A stretch of DNA of 22,220 nt. It comes from a candidate division WOR-3 bacterium. GTDB lineage: Bacteria; Hydrothermota; Hydrothermia; LBFQ01. Made by a program: the position numbers and the translations under genes. Location: assembly GCA_039802605.1 (NCBI GenBank), contig JBDRWW010000015.1, positions 1 to 22,220 on the forward strand. The letters run 5' to 3'. Position 1 is the stretch's first letter. Each line of letters starts with the position of its first letter. Positions 8,433 through 17,642 of this stretch are shown piece after piece. The notes beneath the pieces were generated by a model that saw only the letters and a program-made list of their open reading frames with translations, had not been told where the DNA came from and made no database searches.

Positions 8433-9184
8433 CGGATACGCATTGCCATTTAAACGACGAAAGGTTCAGCGGGGATTTAAAAGAAACCATAAAAAGGGCT
8501 TTTGAGTGGGGTGTTAAAAGGATTGTGGTTGTTGGATACGATATAAAATCATCGGAAAAAGCTGTAAGAATATCCGAAGAGTTTAACGGATTGTACGCAA
8601 CCGTTGGATTACACCCCTACGAGGCGGTTAATTATGGCGAGGGCGATTTAAAGTTTATAGAAGGTTTTTTAAAACATCCAAAGGTGGTAGCCGTTGGAGA
8701 AATAGGTTTGGACTATTTCAGGGGGCCCGATGATAAAAACGCCCAGAAGGGGCTTTTTATACAACAAATAGAAATCGCAAAGATTTACAAAAAACCCGTA
8801 GTTTTACATGTTAGGGATGCCTTTGAAGATGTTTTCTATATTGTTAAAAAACACCTCGATGTGAATTTTGTTTTCCATTCCTTTTCTTTTGGAGAAGAAG
8901 AGATGAAGAAAATCCTACCATTTGAAAACCTTTATGTCTCATTTTCCGGTATGATAACCTTCGTTAAGGATGTAGAGAAGGCGGCAAAGATTTCCCCAAA
9001 AGATAGAACCCTGGTTGAAACCGACAGCCCATACTTGGCACCCGTTCCCATGAGGGGAAAGAGGAATGAACCCGCGTTTGTTAAGTTTGTTGTGGAAAAA
9101 CTTGCAAAAATTTGGGGCATTTCTTTTGAAGAGTGTGAGAAGATAACGGACGAAAATGCAAGAGGGGTTATGGGTTTTAGTTAA
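8429..9184 (+). CDS. tatD: TatD family DNase/hydrolase
   Basis: DTHCHL, GLHP, VGEIGLDY, LHVR, FHSF, ETDSPYLAP, RNEP. ATGA overlap with the HD gene. Confidence 0.95.
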   Translation: MTDTHCHLNDERFSGDLKETIKRAFEWGVKRIVVVGYDIKSSEKAVRISEEFNGLYATVGLHPYEAVNYGEGDLKFIEGFLKHPKVVAVGEIGLDYFRGPDDKNAQKGLFIQQIEIAKIYKKPVVLHVRDAFEDVFYIVKKHLDVNFVFHSFSFGEEEMKKILPFENLYVSFSGMITFVKDVEKAAKISPKDRTLVETDSPYLAPVPMRGKRNEPAFVKFVVEKLAKIWGISFEECEKITDENARGVMGFS

Positions 9185-10232
9185 GGTTGTGCTGCTTATA
9201 GTTTTTCTCGCTTTGTCTTTTATAATATCCGGAAGTGAGGTTGCTTATTTTTCGGGGCATTCCCCTTCAAATTTGGCATATAGGAGAACCTTCGGACTTT
9301 TAATAACAATTTTGGTACTCAATAACATCTCAAATTCCTTTATATCTGGTTTAACATCCGAAATTATACCCATATCGGGTGTCGTTATTTCTCTGATTTT
9401 GACGGTTGTTATAACATTAATCGGCGAATTATTACCCAAAAGGTTGGCCCTAACATATCCAAAACCCTTTATATCATTAACCCATTGGATGTACGATATC
9501 CTAACCCTGCCGTTTTATTGGGTAAAATTGAGGTTTCACAGGGCAACCGTTAGGATAACAAAACATGTGCTAATAGATAGTTTTGCCGATATATTGTACC
9601 ATTCCGAGATTTCAAAGGATGAGAGGATTTTACTCGCAAAAACCATATACGCAATACATTCAAGGGGGTACGCGGTTATGATACCTCTAAGCGGTATAAC
9701 CATGTTAAAAGCCGAAACCCCCGTATCCGTTGCTAGGGAAGAGTTGGAAGGTTATCCTTATGAGTTTGTACCCATTTATTTTTTCACAAGCGATGAGATT
9801 ATGGGGTTTGTCAAGTTTGAAGACATTTTAAGCTTTCCGGAAGATATACCGGTTATGGATTTGCCTTTAAAAAAGCCCAAATTCGTACCGATAATGGTTA
9901 GATTCCCAATAATTCTAGACGAAATTGAAAAGGAGGGTATTATCGGTTTGGTTGATGAATACGGAACATTAAGGGGTTTTGCGTGCAAAAAAAGCGTTGA
10001 AAATTGGTTAATCCACGACGACAACAGATTACCATTAAACATATCGTTAATGGAGGTTTTCCTTTTAACGGGAAAGGAAATCGGGCCTATGGATTGGGAT
10101 ATTGCGGATCTCTTTCAGTATTCACTTGGAAGGCCCGTTCAAGAAGGGGATAGCTTGGACGTTGAAGGTATAAGGTTGTTGTACAAGGAGAACGTTGTTT
10201 ATATCATCCCTTTACAAAAGTGGCGGTTATAA
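9156..10232 (+). CDS. CNNM/DUF21 (hemolysin/CorB-like) membrane protein with degenerate CBS domains
   Basis: SGSEVAYFS, LLITILVLNN and GELLPKRLA in the N-terminal TM domain; LVDEYGTLRG is CBS-like; CorC-like tail GRPVQEGDSL. Confidence 0.8.
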   Translation: MQEGLWVLVKVVLLIVFLALSFIISGSEVAYFSGHSPSNLAYRRTFGLLITILVLNNISNSFISGLTSEIIPISGVVISLILTVVITLIGELLPKRLALTYPKPFISLTHWMYDILTLPFYWVKLRFHRATVRITKHVLIDSFADILYHSEISKDERILLAKTIYAIHSRGYAVMIPLSGITMLKAETPVSVAREELEGYPYEFVPIYFFTSDEIMGFVKFEDILSFPEDIPVMDLPLKKPKFVPIMVRFPIILDEIEKEGIIGLVDEYGTLRGFACKKSVENWLIHDDNRLPLNISLMEVFLLTGKEIGPMDWDIADLFQYSLGRPVQEGDSLDVEGIRLLYKENVVYIIPLQKWRL

Positions 10233-11409
10233 CGGCCTCCGCAACCAAATCTTTATTAACATATATTTCCCCCTTTGCCTTTGCGAACCTTCCACCAAAC
10301 CTTATCAAATAAACATATACAAAGAGGGTATCTCCGGGTTTTACAACTTTCTTAAACTTTACATCCTCTATACCCACGAACAGCGGTATTAACCCCTCTC
10401 CCTTTATCCTTTCCATTAAAACCGCCCCCGCAACCTGTGCCATGCATTCAACCTGCAATACCCCCGGCATTACGGGTTCCCCCGGGAAGTGTCCATTAAA
10501 GAACTCTTCGTTTATGGTTATATTCTTTATCCCAACGGCCCTTTTATCGTCAATATGGACTATTTTATCAACCAAAAGGAAGGGGTACCTATGGGGCAGT
10601 TTTTCCATTATCCCCTTTATATCCATCTCATCCCCCCATATTCCCCTTTCCGCAAGAAGTTTTGAAAATTCAACATGGTGTTTGTGGGAACCTTTAAAAA
10701 CTATAAAATGGGCGTTTATAAAAATCCCGCTCAAAGAGAGATCGCCGATAAAGTCAAGGATTTTATGCCTAACGGGTTCATCCGGAAACCTCCAATGCTG
10801 TCTTTCCCCTATAACTAAGACATTGTCCAAATTTCCACCCTTTCCAAGACCCCGATTTAAAACGCTTTGAACCTCTTCCTTAAAAACAAATGTCCTAGCG
10901 GGTGATATATCGGTAATGTAGTTTTCAAGGGAACATTCATAGAACTGGGAAAAACCAAAATCCGGAAAGTTTATACCGTATGAAACCTTAAAGCCGTTAT
11001 AGGGTAAGGCCATAATCTTGCATCCGTCGTTTTCGTATTCCAAAGGGTATTTTAAATTATAAACCTTACCCCCAATTTCTTCCGAGTTCTCAATTATTTC
11101 CTCTGAGAATATTTTACTTGAACCGTCCAATGCGGGTATTTCCGGACCATAAACGATAATTTTTGCCCCCTCAACCCTCAAACCGTACAGTGCGGAAAGC
11201 AAGTGTTCTACGGTCTTGATCTCCACCCCATTTTTCCCTATGCTAACATTCCTATGTGTATCAACGACATTTTCATAAGTTGCGGGTATTTCCAACCCAT
11301 CTTTTACGAATATGTACCCCCTTTCATAAGGCTGGACTTCTACAATGGAGTTTTCCCCGGTGTGTAATCCCTTTCCCTCAAATTTTATAATATTCTTTAA
11401 CCTCCTCAT
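10204..11409 (-). CDS. lpxC/fabZ: Bifunctional LpxC (UDP-3-O-acyl-GlcNAc deacetylase) / FabZ (3-hydroxyacyl-ACP dehydratase)
   Basis: LpxC motifs GKGLHTG, TVEHLLSAL, ARTF and RHKILDFIGDL. FabZ motifs LPHRYPFLLVD and GHFPGEPVMPGVLQVECMAQ. Confidence 0.96.
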   Translation of the reverse strand: MRRLKNIIKFEGKGLHTGENSIVEVQPYERGYIFVKDGLEIPATYENVVDTHRNVSIGKNGVEIKTVEHLLSALYGLRVEGAKIIVYGPEIPALDGSSKIFSEEIIENSEEIGGKVYNLKYPLEYENDGCKIMALPYNGFKVSYGINFPDFGFSQFYECSLENYITDISPARTFVFKEEVQSVLNRGLGKGGNLDNVLVIGERQHWRFPDEPVRHKILDFIGDLSLSGIFINAHFIVFKGSHKHHVEFSKLLAERGIWGDEMDIKGIMEKLPHRYPFLLVDKIVHIDDKRAVGIKNITINEEFFNGHFPGEPVMPGVLQVECMAQVAGAVLMERIKGEGLIPLFVGIEDVKFKKVVKPGDTLFVYVYLIRFGGRFAKAKGEIYVNKDLVAEAVITATFVKG

Positions 11410-11436
11410 TCCGAAAATTGTAAGGGGGAAGGAGTA

Positions 11437-12798
11437 TTAAACGAACATCTTATCCGGATTGAACAGGTTCTCCGGGTCAAAAACCCCCTTTATGGCTTTC
11501 TGTAAAACCAAAAGGTGTTCCCCTTGCTCTTTTAAAAGGTGCTTTTTCTTCAACAAACCTATTCCGTGTTCCCCCGCCGCGGTTCCCCCCAGCTCCCAAA
11601 CCTTTTCTATAACCATATTAACCGCCTTTTCCATTAAATCCTCCTGACCGTTTTCGTAAAGGATATTAACATGGATATTTCCATCAGCGGCGTGTCCGAA
11701 ATTGGTTATCATCAAACCCGTTTCCCTCTCAACCCTTTCCGTATAAGATACCAAATCCGCAATTTTACTCCTTGGGACAACGACATCCTCATGCCTTATA
11801 AGTTTTCCAAAACTTTCAAGGGAGGGTAAAACCTTTCTCCTCGCATCCCATAATTTGGCCCTTGTGCTGCTATCCTCTGCAACAAAGACATCTATTACTC
11901 CCCTTTTCTCGAAGATTTCGTAAGCCCTTTCCACCTGTCCTTCAAACTCTGGGCCAAACCCGTCAAATTCCACCAACAAAAAGGCCCCGGTATCCTTTGG
12001 TAAAAAGGGCGCTATTTTTTCCCCAACGGCTTTAATGCATTTGTTATCAACCAATTCAATAGCCGTTGGGAAAAGGGAGCTTTTTATAATCTCGGAAACG
12101 GCCTCCCCAGCCTTAACCTCATCCGGAAAGGCCGCAAGAAGCGTATATACTTTTGGGGGTTTTGGTATTAGCCTTAATGTTATTTCCGTTATTATCCCTA
12201 GTGTTCCCTCACTTCCCGTAAAAAGCATAGGTAAATCGTACCCAACAACCCATTTCTTCGTCCTCTTGCCCACCCTTATCCTCTCGCCGTTTTTTATAAC
12301 AACTTCCAACTCCAAAACGTAATGCTTTGTTGTGCCGTATTTAAAGGCTTTTGGACCCCCGGCGTTTTCCGCCACATTTCCACCTATCGTGCAACTTTCA
12401 AGGCTTGCGGGGTCTGGTGGATAAAATAGGTTAAACCTTTCTGCCTCCCTTATTATATCACCCGTTATAACCCCCGGTTCCACGGTTATTGTTAAGTTCT
12501 CCGTATCAACATCCTTTATCCGGTTCATCCTATCAAATGCCAAAACAACCCCTCCTTTCACCGGTATTGAACCCCCACTCAGAGATGTACCCGTTCCCCT
12601 AGGTGTTATAGGGATTCTTTCGGAATATAGGATTTCTACGGCCTTTATAACATCTTCCGTACTTGTGGGATGTATAACCAATGAAGGTATAACCCCCGGA
12701 TGGTCGGAAGAGTCCCTTGAAAACATTAACAAATGTTCGTAATCGTCCCTAACCTTATCCTCTCCAAGGGCAAGTTTTAATTTATCCTTGTAATCCAT
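11437..12798 (-). CDS. glcD: FAD-linked oxidase, GlcD / D-lactate dehydrogenase family
   Basis: PRGTGTSLSGG, FYPPDPAS, CTIGGNVAENAGG, FGHAADGNIHVN, GEHGIG, FDPENLFNPDK. The substrate cannot be determined from sequence alone. Confidence 0.88.
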   Translation of the reverse strand: MDYKDKLKLALGEDKVRDDYEHLLMFSRDSSDHPGVIPSLVIHPTSTEDVIKAVEILYSERIPITPRGTGTSLSGGSIPVKGGVVLAFDRMNRIKDVDTENLTITVEPGVITGDIIREAERFNLFYPPDPASLESCTIGGNVAENAGGPKAFKYGTTKHYVLELEVVIKNGERIRVGKRTKKWVVGYDLPMLFTGSEGTLGIITEITLRLIPKPPKVYTLLAAFPDEVKAGEAVSEIIKSSLFPTAIELVDNKCIKAVGEKIAPFLPKDTGAFLLVEFDGFGPEFEGQVERAYEIFEKRGVIDVFVAEDSSTRAKLWDARRKVLPSLESFGKLIRHEDVVVPRSKIADLVSYTERVERETGLMITNFGHAADGNIHVNILYENGQEDLMEKAVNMVIEKVWELGGTAAGEHGIGLLKKKHLLKEQGEHLLVLQKAIKGVFDPENLFNPDKMFV

Positions 12799-13374
12799 TC
12801 ATTTTACAAAGCCCGCGGAAATATATCCGGTGGTAAAACCCAAACCCGCGCCGAGGATAACATCCGAAAGCCAATGCCTGTTAAGGTATATCCTCGCAAG
12901 TCCAACGGATGTTGCCAAGGTAAGGGATGAAAACCTTATGAATTTATTATCCACCCTCCTCCAAACCACACCCGCAACCGAAAAGGCTACGGCGGTATGG
13001 CCGGATGGTAGGGAATTGTAGTCGTCTTTAAGGTTAAAGGGAGAAAACTCGTATGGGCCCTTATTTAAATAAGGCCTTGCCCTTCCAAAGAGAACCTTTA
13101 AGGCAACGGTTGAAATCCCGGATGTTGCAAACCCCAAAATTCCCGCCTTTGATAGGTTTATAATGGCCGTATCCCGTTTAACATAACCGTAAGCTCCAAA
13201 TAAAACCAATGCGGACGAAACAAACAAACCATCTCCGGCGTAATTAACGGTTTTAAAGAAATGGTCGTTATAGGGGTTTTGGTGGTTTTGGAAGGCTTTT
13301 TGTACGGGTTCGTCAAAATATAGGATTGAAACGGGCGTTAAAACCGTAGAAATACCCAAAAAATACCACTGCAT
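12799..13374 (-). CDS. PAP2 family membrane phosphatase
   Basis: C1 KVLFGRARP, C2 PSGH, C3 ARIYLNRHWLSDV. Probable start is ATG 13374; the ORF-track TTG at 13392 lies within a hairpin. Confidence 0.92.
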   Translation of the reverse strand: MQWYFLGISTVLTPVSILYFDEPVQKAFQNHQNPYNDHFFKTVNYAGDGLFVSSALVLFGAYGYVKRDTAIINLSKAGILGFATSGISTVALKVLFGRARPYLNKGPYEFSPFNLKDDYNSLPSGHTAVAFSVAGVVWRRVDNKFIRFSSLTLATSVGLARIYLNRHWLSDVILGAGLGFTTGYISAGFVK

Positions 13375-13380
13375 AAAGGG

Positions 13381-13402
13381 ATAGGGGGGCAAAGCCCCCT
13401 AT
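13381..13402 (-). terminator. GC-rich hairpin just after the secreted-protein gene (possible terminator or stabiliser)
   Basis: - strand ATAGGGGG-CTTTGC-CCCCCTAT, an 8-bp stem, 2 nt after the stop at 13405. The U-tract on the - strand is weak. Confidence 0.55.
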
Positions 13403-13404
13403 TT

Positions 13405-15036
13405 TTACCTTACGATTACCGTAATCTCCTTACCGTTAAACTTTACTATGTATGCACCCCTTGGTAGGTCTATTGTTTTTGAACCCTGTAAGATACCGAA
13501 CCTTATGAGTTTCCCATTAACCCTGTATATACGGTATTCACCGTTGCCATTTATGGTTATGCCACCCTTTGAAGGATAAATACCCAGGTCTATATTCTTT
13601 ACGGGAATCTCGGATATTGCCGTTGGGGTTGAGAAGAAGTGATAGTCGTACCTTATATCAAAATCGCCAACCCTCCTGGCCCAAGATACATGTAAGAACT
13701 GTTTGCTTGAAACGGTATCCTCGGGTCCTGTAATAACGGGATGCCAGGTTATAAGGGTTCCATGGGCGTATGCGGAATCGTTAATTGTTCGCCTGCTTAC
13801 CCAGGTACTTCCGGACAAATTATGCTTTGCAACCAGGGCATAGGCGGTGTCCGTTAAACTGTCAATGAGTGTTTCTTTATCGAGTTTCAGCATTGCAACC
13901 CATACGGAATCCGCCGCAAACGCAACCGTTGGCCATAATTCGTCATCAAGAGAGGCACCGCAACTGTATCGTGTAAACGATGTGCCGGCATTCGTACTGT
14001 ATTGCATATCGCAGTCGTAATCCGTGGAAGAATATGGATAAGTATATACGACCGCTAAGTAAGGGCCTCCCCTCCTACCCTTTATATGGGGGAAATAACC
14101 CCTTCTGAATGTGGCACTGCGTGCGGTCCAAGATGAACCAAAAGGAGAACCATCGGCAAGGAATACCGTATCGTTTGAGGTGTATGCTATAAAGAGCTTT
14201 GAAGTACCACTATAAAAGTATTCTATGCTTAACCTTTGGACATTAGGGGATGTACCCGCGGAGTAGGCTATACCTCCGTAAGATGTGAAAGTCGTTGTAT
14301 CCGGGTTCGTTATCCTAACAAACATAACGGAATCCTTATTATCATTCCAATACGCGAAGTATATCCAATAACCGGTTGAGAACTGTTCGTAATCCGAGGT
14401 TATAACCGTTGCCCTTTCGAGGTCGGAGGAAGTGGATATATAATACAGGTATGTTGAAGCGGTAGATCGGTCTATTTTTAAAATCCTCGGGTCAATATCC
14501 GTGGAACTATAGTATTTACTAAATCCCACAAAGATATATCTGCCCGTAACGGTTATTGAAGGGTCCATAAGGGGACCACCACCGGGATATTCGTAAGAAA
14601 CCCATTGAGTCCAATTTATCGTAGGTGTTGCCCAGTCTATGGTACCTTTATAAACTATTATGCTATCGGGCTCCTTTATAACGGCGGCGAAAAGGGTATC
14701 GCTATTCGGATCCTTTGCGACATCGTGGTATTTTTCATCCAAAGAAGAACCGGCAAGTGTCAGATCATAACTCTCCCAAAGGGGTTTATATGAAGAAGGT
14801 GGGGAGAATGGGTTTTTGCGTTGTAGGTAAATCCTATCCTTCAAATCCCCTAAGACGCGCATCTGCCCGTTGTCTATAACCCTACCCTTTCCCCTTGCTA
14901 GTTCTGCCGCTTGATCGTTCAGACCCATTCTACGCAGGTTTTCCACCTGCATTTCCGTAACCGTGACCCCCTTTACCTTGGCCACGGTTATCTCCTGCGG
15001 CACGGCTTTATCGGATATCAGTAATGCTATCAGCAT
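13405..15036 (-). CDS. Secreted Ser/Thr/Tyr-rich beta-rich protein with a T9SS type A-like C-terminal sorting domain
   Basis: C-terminus GIYPS...RIYRVNGKLI...LPRGAYIVKF...VIVR resembles the Por/T9SS CTD. Asp-box-like YSTNAGTSF. Very short hydrophobic N-terminus. Confidence 0.65.
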   Translation of the reverse strand: MLIALLISDKAVPQEITVAKVKGVTVTEMQVENLRRMGLNDQAAELARGKGRVIDNGQMRVLGDLKDRIYLQRKNPFSPPSSYKPLWESYDLTLAGSSLDEKYHDVAKDPNSDTLFAAVIKEPDSIIVYKGTIDWATPTINWTQWVSYEYPGGGPLMDPSITVTGRYIFVGFSKYYSSTDIDPRILKIDRSTASTYLYYISTSSDLERATVITSDYEQFSTGYWIYFAYWNDNKDSVMFVRITNPDTTTFTSYGGIAYSAGTSPNVQRLSIEYFYSGTSKLFIAYTSNDTVFLADGSPFGSSWTARSATFRRGYFPHIKGRRGGPYLAVVYTYPYSSTDYDCDMQYSTNAGTSFTRYSCGASLDDELWPTVAFAADSVWVAMLKLDKETLIDSLTDTAYALVAKHNLSGSTWVSRRTINDSAYAHGTLITWHPVITGPEDTVSSKQFLHVSWARRVGDFDIRYDYHFFSTPTAISEIPVKNIDLGIYPSKGGITINGNGEYRIYRVNGKLIRFGILQGSKTIDLPRGAYIVKFNGKEITVIVR

Positions 15037-15078
15037 AACCGATGATTATAAGGGTGAAATGGCTAAATGGGAAAATTT

Positions 15079-15627
15079 TTAGTCGCCTATTTTTATGGTG
15101 AAAACGGCCTCGTTAAACCCCAAAGATTCCAAAACAACCTTAGGTTTTTCCGCACCAAGGCGCTCCAAAATACCCTCTATGAAACCTAAGGTGGATTCCC
15201 AGAAGTTCTTATATGTGTTTATCCTGTATGGGCTTTTAACATATAGGTGGTATATTTTGTTTTTTTCAACCGTTTCACCCCTCCATTCCAAGCCCTCGAC
15301 AAAATGCGATGATATTTTTGATGCATTTATTATGGCATCCTCATAAGAATGCATGCTTTCGTTAAAAACGGGTTTTAGCATTTCGTATATAACATCGAAC
15401 TTTTTTCTGCCAATATCCTTTAAACTCAAACCCGTTTCCTTGCTAACACCCTCCAAAAAACCCTCATAAAAATCCGCCAAATATAGTTGGGTTATTACCG
15501 GCTTTTCAAAAATACCCCTGGTACTCCTTTTAATGTTTTTCAAAACCTTATAATAACCCTCTTTTCCATAGGTTTCAAACACCATACGGTTTAAGGCCTT
15601 TATAAGGACACCTTTAACTTTTAACAT
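15079..15627 (-). CDS. Hypothetical protein, V4R/H-NOX-like fold suspected
   Basis: N-terminal KG-x-L...ETYGKEGYYKVL, then DIGR and C-terminal LGFIEGILERLGA resemble V4R/H-NOX-like ligand-binding proteins. Has its own -10 box. Confidence 0.5.
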   Translation of the reverse strand: MLKVKGVLIKALNRMVFETYGKEGYYKVLKNIKRSTRGIFEKPVITQLYLADFYEGFLEGVSKETGLSLKDIGRKKFDVIYEMLKPVFNESMHSYEDAIINASKISSHFVEGLEWRGETVEKNKIYHLYVKSPYRINTYKNFWESTLGFIEGILERLGAEKPKVVLESLGFNEAVFTIKIGD

Positions 15628-15636
15628 AAGGTGGGA

Positions 15637-16530
15637 TTATAAAGCCGTTTTATTTCTTAGAACATTTGGTGTGCGGGAATAGGAGTAAAGGTATAGCTGC
15701 GCCAATGCGGAAAGGTTTCCATACCTTCGCCTGTAAAAGTCCCCTATCTCGTTATAGGTTTTTTCGGTAAGGGATGTGTATTCCAAGCCGTAAAAGTTCT
15801 TGGAAACCTTTAACATATGGGTGTCCAATGGTACAGCCCTACCATTCCCAAGACCGTAGGCCAAAACGCAATCCGCTATTTTATTTCCAACACCGGGGAG
15901 TTGGGTTAAATATTTCCTCCTCTGATAGTAATCATCCGGTAATTTATTCCAAAAGTCGGGATTTTCGTATAATATCCTTGCAACCTCTTTTATCCTCAAA
16001 GCCTGAGCCTTGTACTTCAAAGGCAATGTTTGTAAGAATTCATCATCGGCATCCTTTAAAACTTCGGGTTTCGGAAATTTTGGAATTCCGTCTTCAATTT
16101 CCCCGTATTCTTTACTCAAAATCCAAACCCCCTTTGCTATATTCTCTACCCTGTTCTGGGCTGATAGTATAAAGCACAACAGCGTTTCCCAGGGGTCCTG
16201 TTTCATAAGCCTTAAACCCTTAAACTTTTCTAATGCTTCCAATAGGGGTATATCCCGGTTCCTTTTTGCCTTTTCCCTCAACTCCTCCAAGTTATCCCTT
16301 AAGCCGAAAAGTTCGTAAAAAATGTCTATATCCCCCTTTTTCAAAAAGACCTTATTACCTTCCTGCTTTAACGCCCAAACCCTATTGTGGGATACACCCC
16401 ACCAAAAACCGCTTTCATCGGGTTTTCCGAAAGCAAAGTCCCCATTTCGAAAACTGCCCCAATAAAACGTTTGACCACTCGTTAAGGTTAATCCTACATC
16501 AAATAAACTCCTCAATCGGATGGTAATCAA
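15637..16530 (-). CDS. ogg: 8-oxoguanine DNA glycosylase (OGG1-like, HhH-GPD)
   Basis: OGG N-domain TLTSGQTFYW, GLRLMKQDPWETLLCFILSAQN, and HhH LPGVGNKIADCV with catalytic Lys and Asp (PLDTH). Confidence 0.9.
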   Translation of the reverse strand: MITIRLRSLFDVGLTLTSGQTFYWGSFRNGDFAFGKPDESGFWWGVSHNRVWALKQEGNKVFLKKGDIDIFYELFGLRDNLEELREKAKRNRDIPLLEALEKFKGLRLMKQDPWETLLCFILSAQNRVENIAKGVWILSKEYGEIEDGIPKFPKPEVLKDADDEFLQTLPLKYKAQALRIKEVARILYENPDFWNKLPDDYYQRRKYLTQLPGVGNKIADCVLAYGLGNGRAVPLDTHMLKVSKNFYGLEYTSLTEKTYNEIGDFYRRRYGNLSALAQLYLYSYSRTPNVLRNKTAL

Positions 16531-17611
16531 GGTTAAAAGCCTCCGCTACGGCTTTATGGGTTATATAACCTTTTACCAAATTCACGCCGCGCGCCAATGC
16601 CCTATCACTCCTAACCGCCTCCTTCCAACCCATATCAGCAAGTTTTATGACATACTTCAAGGTGGAGTTCGTTAAGGCAAACGTTGATGTTCTTGGAACC
16701 GCACCGGGCATATTGGCAACGCAGTAATGGACCACACCCTCTGCGACGAAGACCGGATCCTTGTGGGTTGTGGGCCGTGAAAACTCGGATATTCCACCCT
16801 GATCAATGGAAACATCCACAAAAACCGCTCCCTCCTTCATCTCCCTTAAAACATCCCTTGTTAAAATTTTCGGGGCTTTCGCCCCGGTTATTAGTACGGC
16901 CCCTATTACCAAATCCGCATTTTTAACCGCTTCCCTTATTGTATATTCCGTTGAGAAGAGGGTTTTTACATTTGCGGGTATGATCTCTTCCGCTTTCCTC
17001 AATTTCTCAACATTTATATCCATCAATGTGACATCCGCACCCATACCCGCTGCAACAACCGTTGCGCTCATTCCAACGGTACCCGCTCCTATTATTACAA
17101 CTTTGGCGGGTGGAACACCGGGAACCCCACCTAAGAGAACCCCTAACCCCCCTTGGGGTTTCTCCAAATATTTTGCACCCTCCTGTGGGGCCATCTTTCC
17201 CGCTATTTCACTCATAGGGGCCAATAGTGGTAAGTATCCATCATCGGTTTCAACCGTCTCGTAAGCTATTCCCACTATTTTCCTTTCCATCAGAGCCTTT
17301 GTAAGGCCCTCATCGGCCGCAAGGTGTAGGTATGTGAACAATACATGTCCTTCATTTAGAAGTTTGTACTCTTCGGGCCGCGGTTCCTTAACCTTTACTA
17401 TCATCTCCGCCCTCTCATAAACATCTTCTAGGTTTTTAACGATTTCCGCCCCTACCCCTTTATAATCTTCATCCTTTATTCCCGCACCTAAGCCCGCCCC
17501 CTCCTGAACTATAACCTTATGTCCCCTCTTTACCAACTCCTTTACACCCGCGGGGGTCATGGAAACCCTATACTCCTCGGTTTTTATCTCTTTGGGAACC
17601 CCTATAACCAT
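16499..17611 (-). CDS. ald: Alanine dehydrogenase
   Basis: True start MVIGVPKEIK at 17611. Motifs KVKEP, FTYLHLAA, IAYETV, IIGAGTVG, DVSIDQGG, HYCVANMPGAVPRTST. Confidence 0.96.
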   Translation of the reverse strand: MVIGVPKEIKTEEYRVSMTPAGVKELVKRGHKVIVQEGAGLGAGIKDEDYKGVGAEIVKNLEDVYERAEMIVKVKEPRPEEYKLLNEGHVLFTYLHLAADEGLTKALMERKIVGIAYETVETDDGYLPLLAPMSEIAGKMAPQEGAKYLEKPQGGLGVLLGGVPGVPPAKVVIIGAGTVGMSATVVAAGMGADVTLMDINVEKLRKAEEIIPANVKTLFSTEYTIREAVKNADLVIGAVLITGAKAPKILTRDVLREMKEGAVFVDVSIDQGGISEFSRPTTHKDPVFVAEGVVHYCVANMPGAVPRTSTFALTNSTLKYVIKLADMGWKEAVRSDRALARGVNLVKGYITHKAVAEAFNLDYHPIEEFI

Positions 17612-17642
17612 ACCGGGGATTTTAAACCCGAAATTTTTTAAT

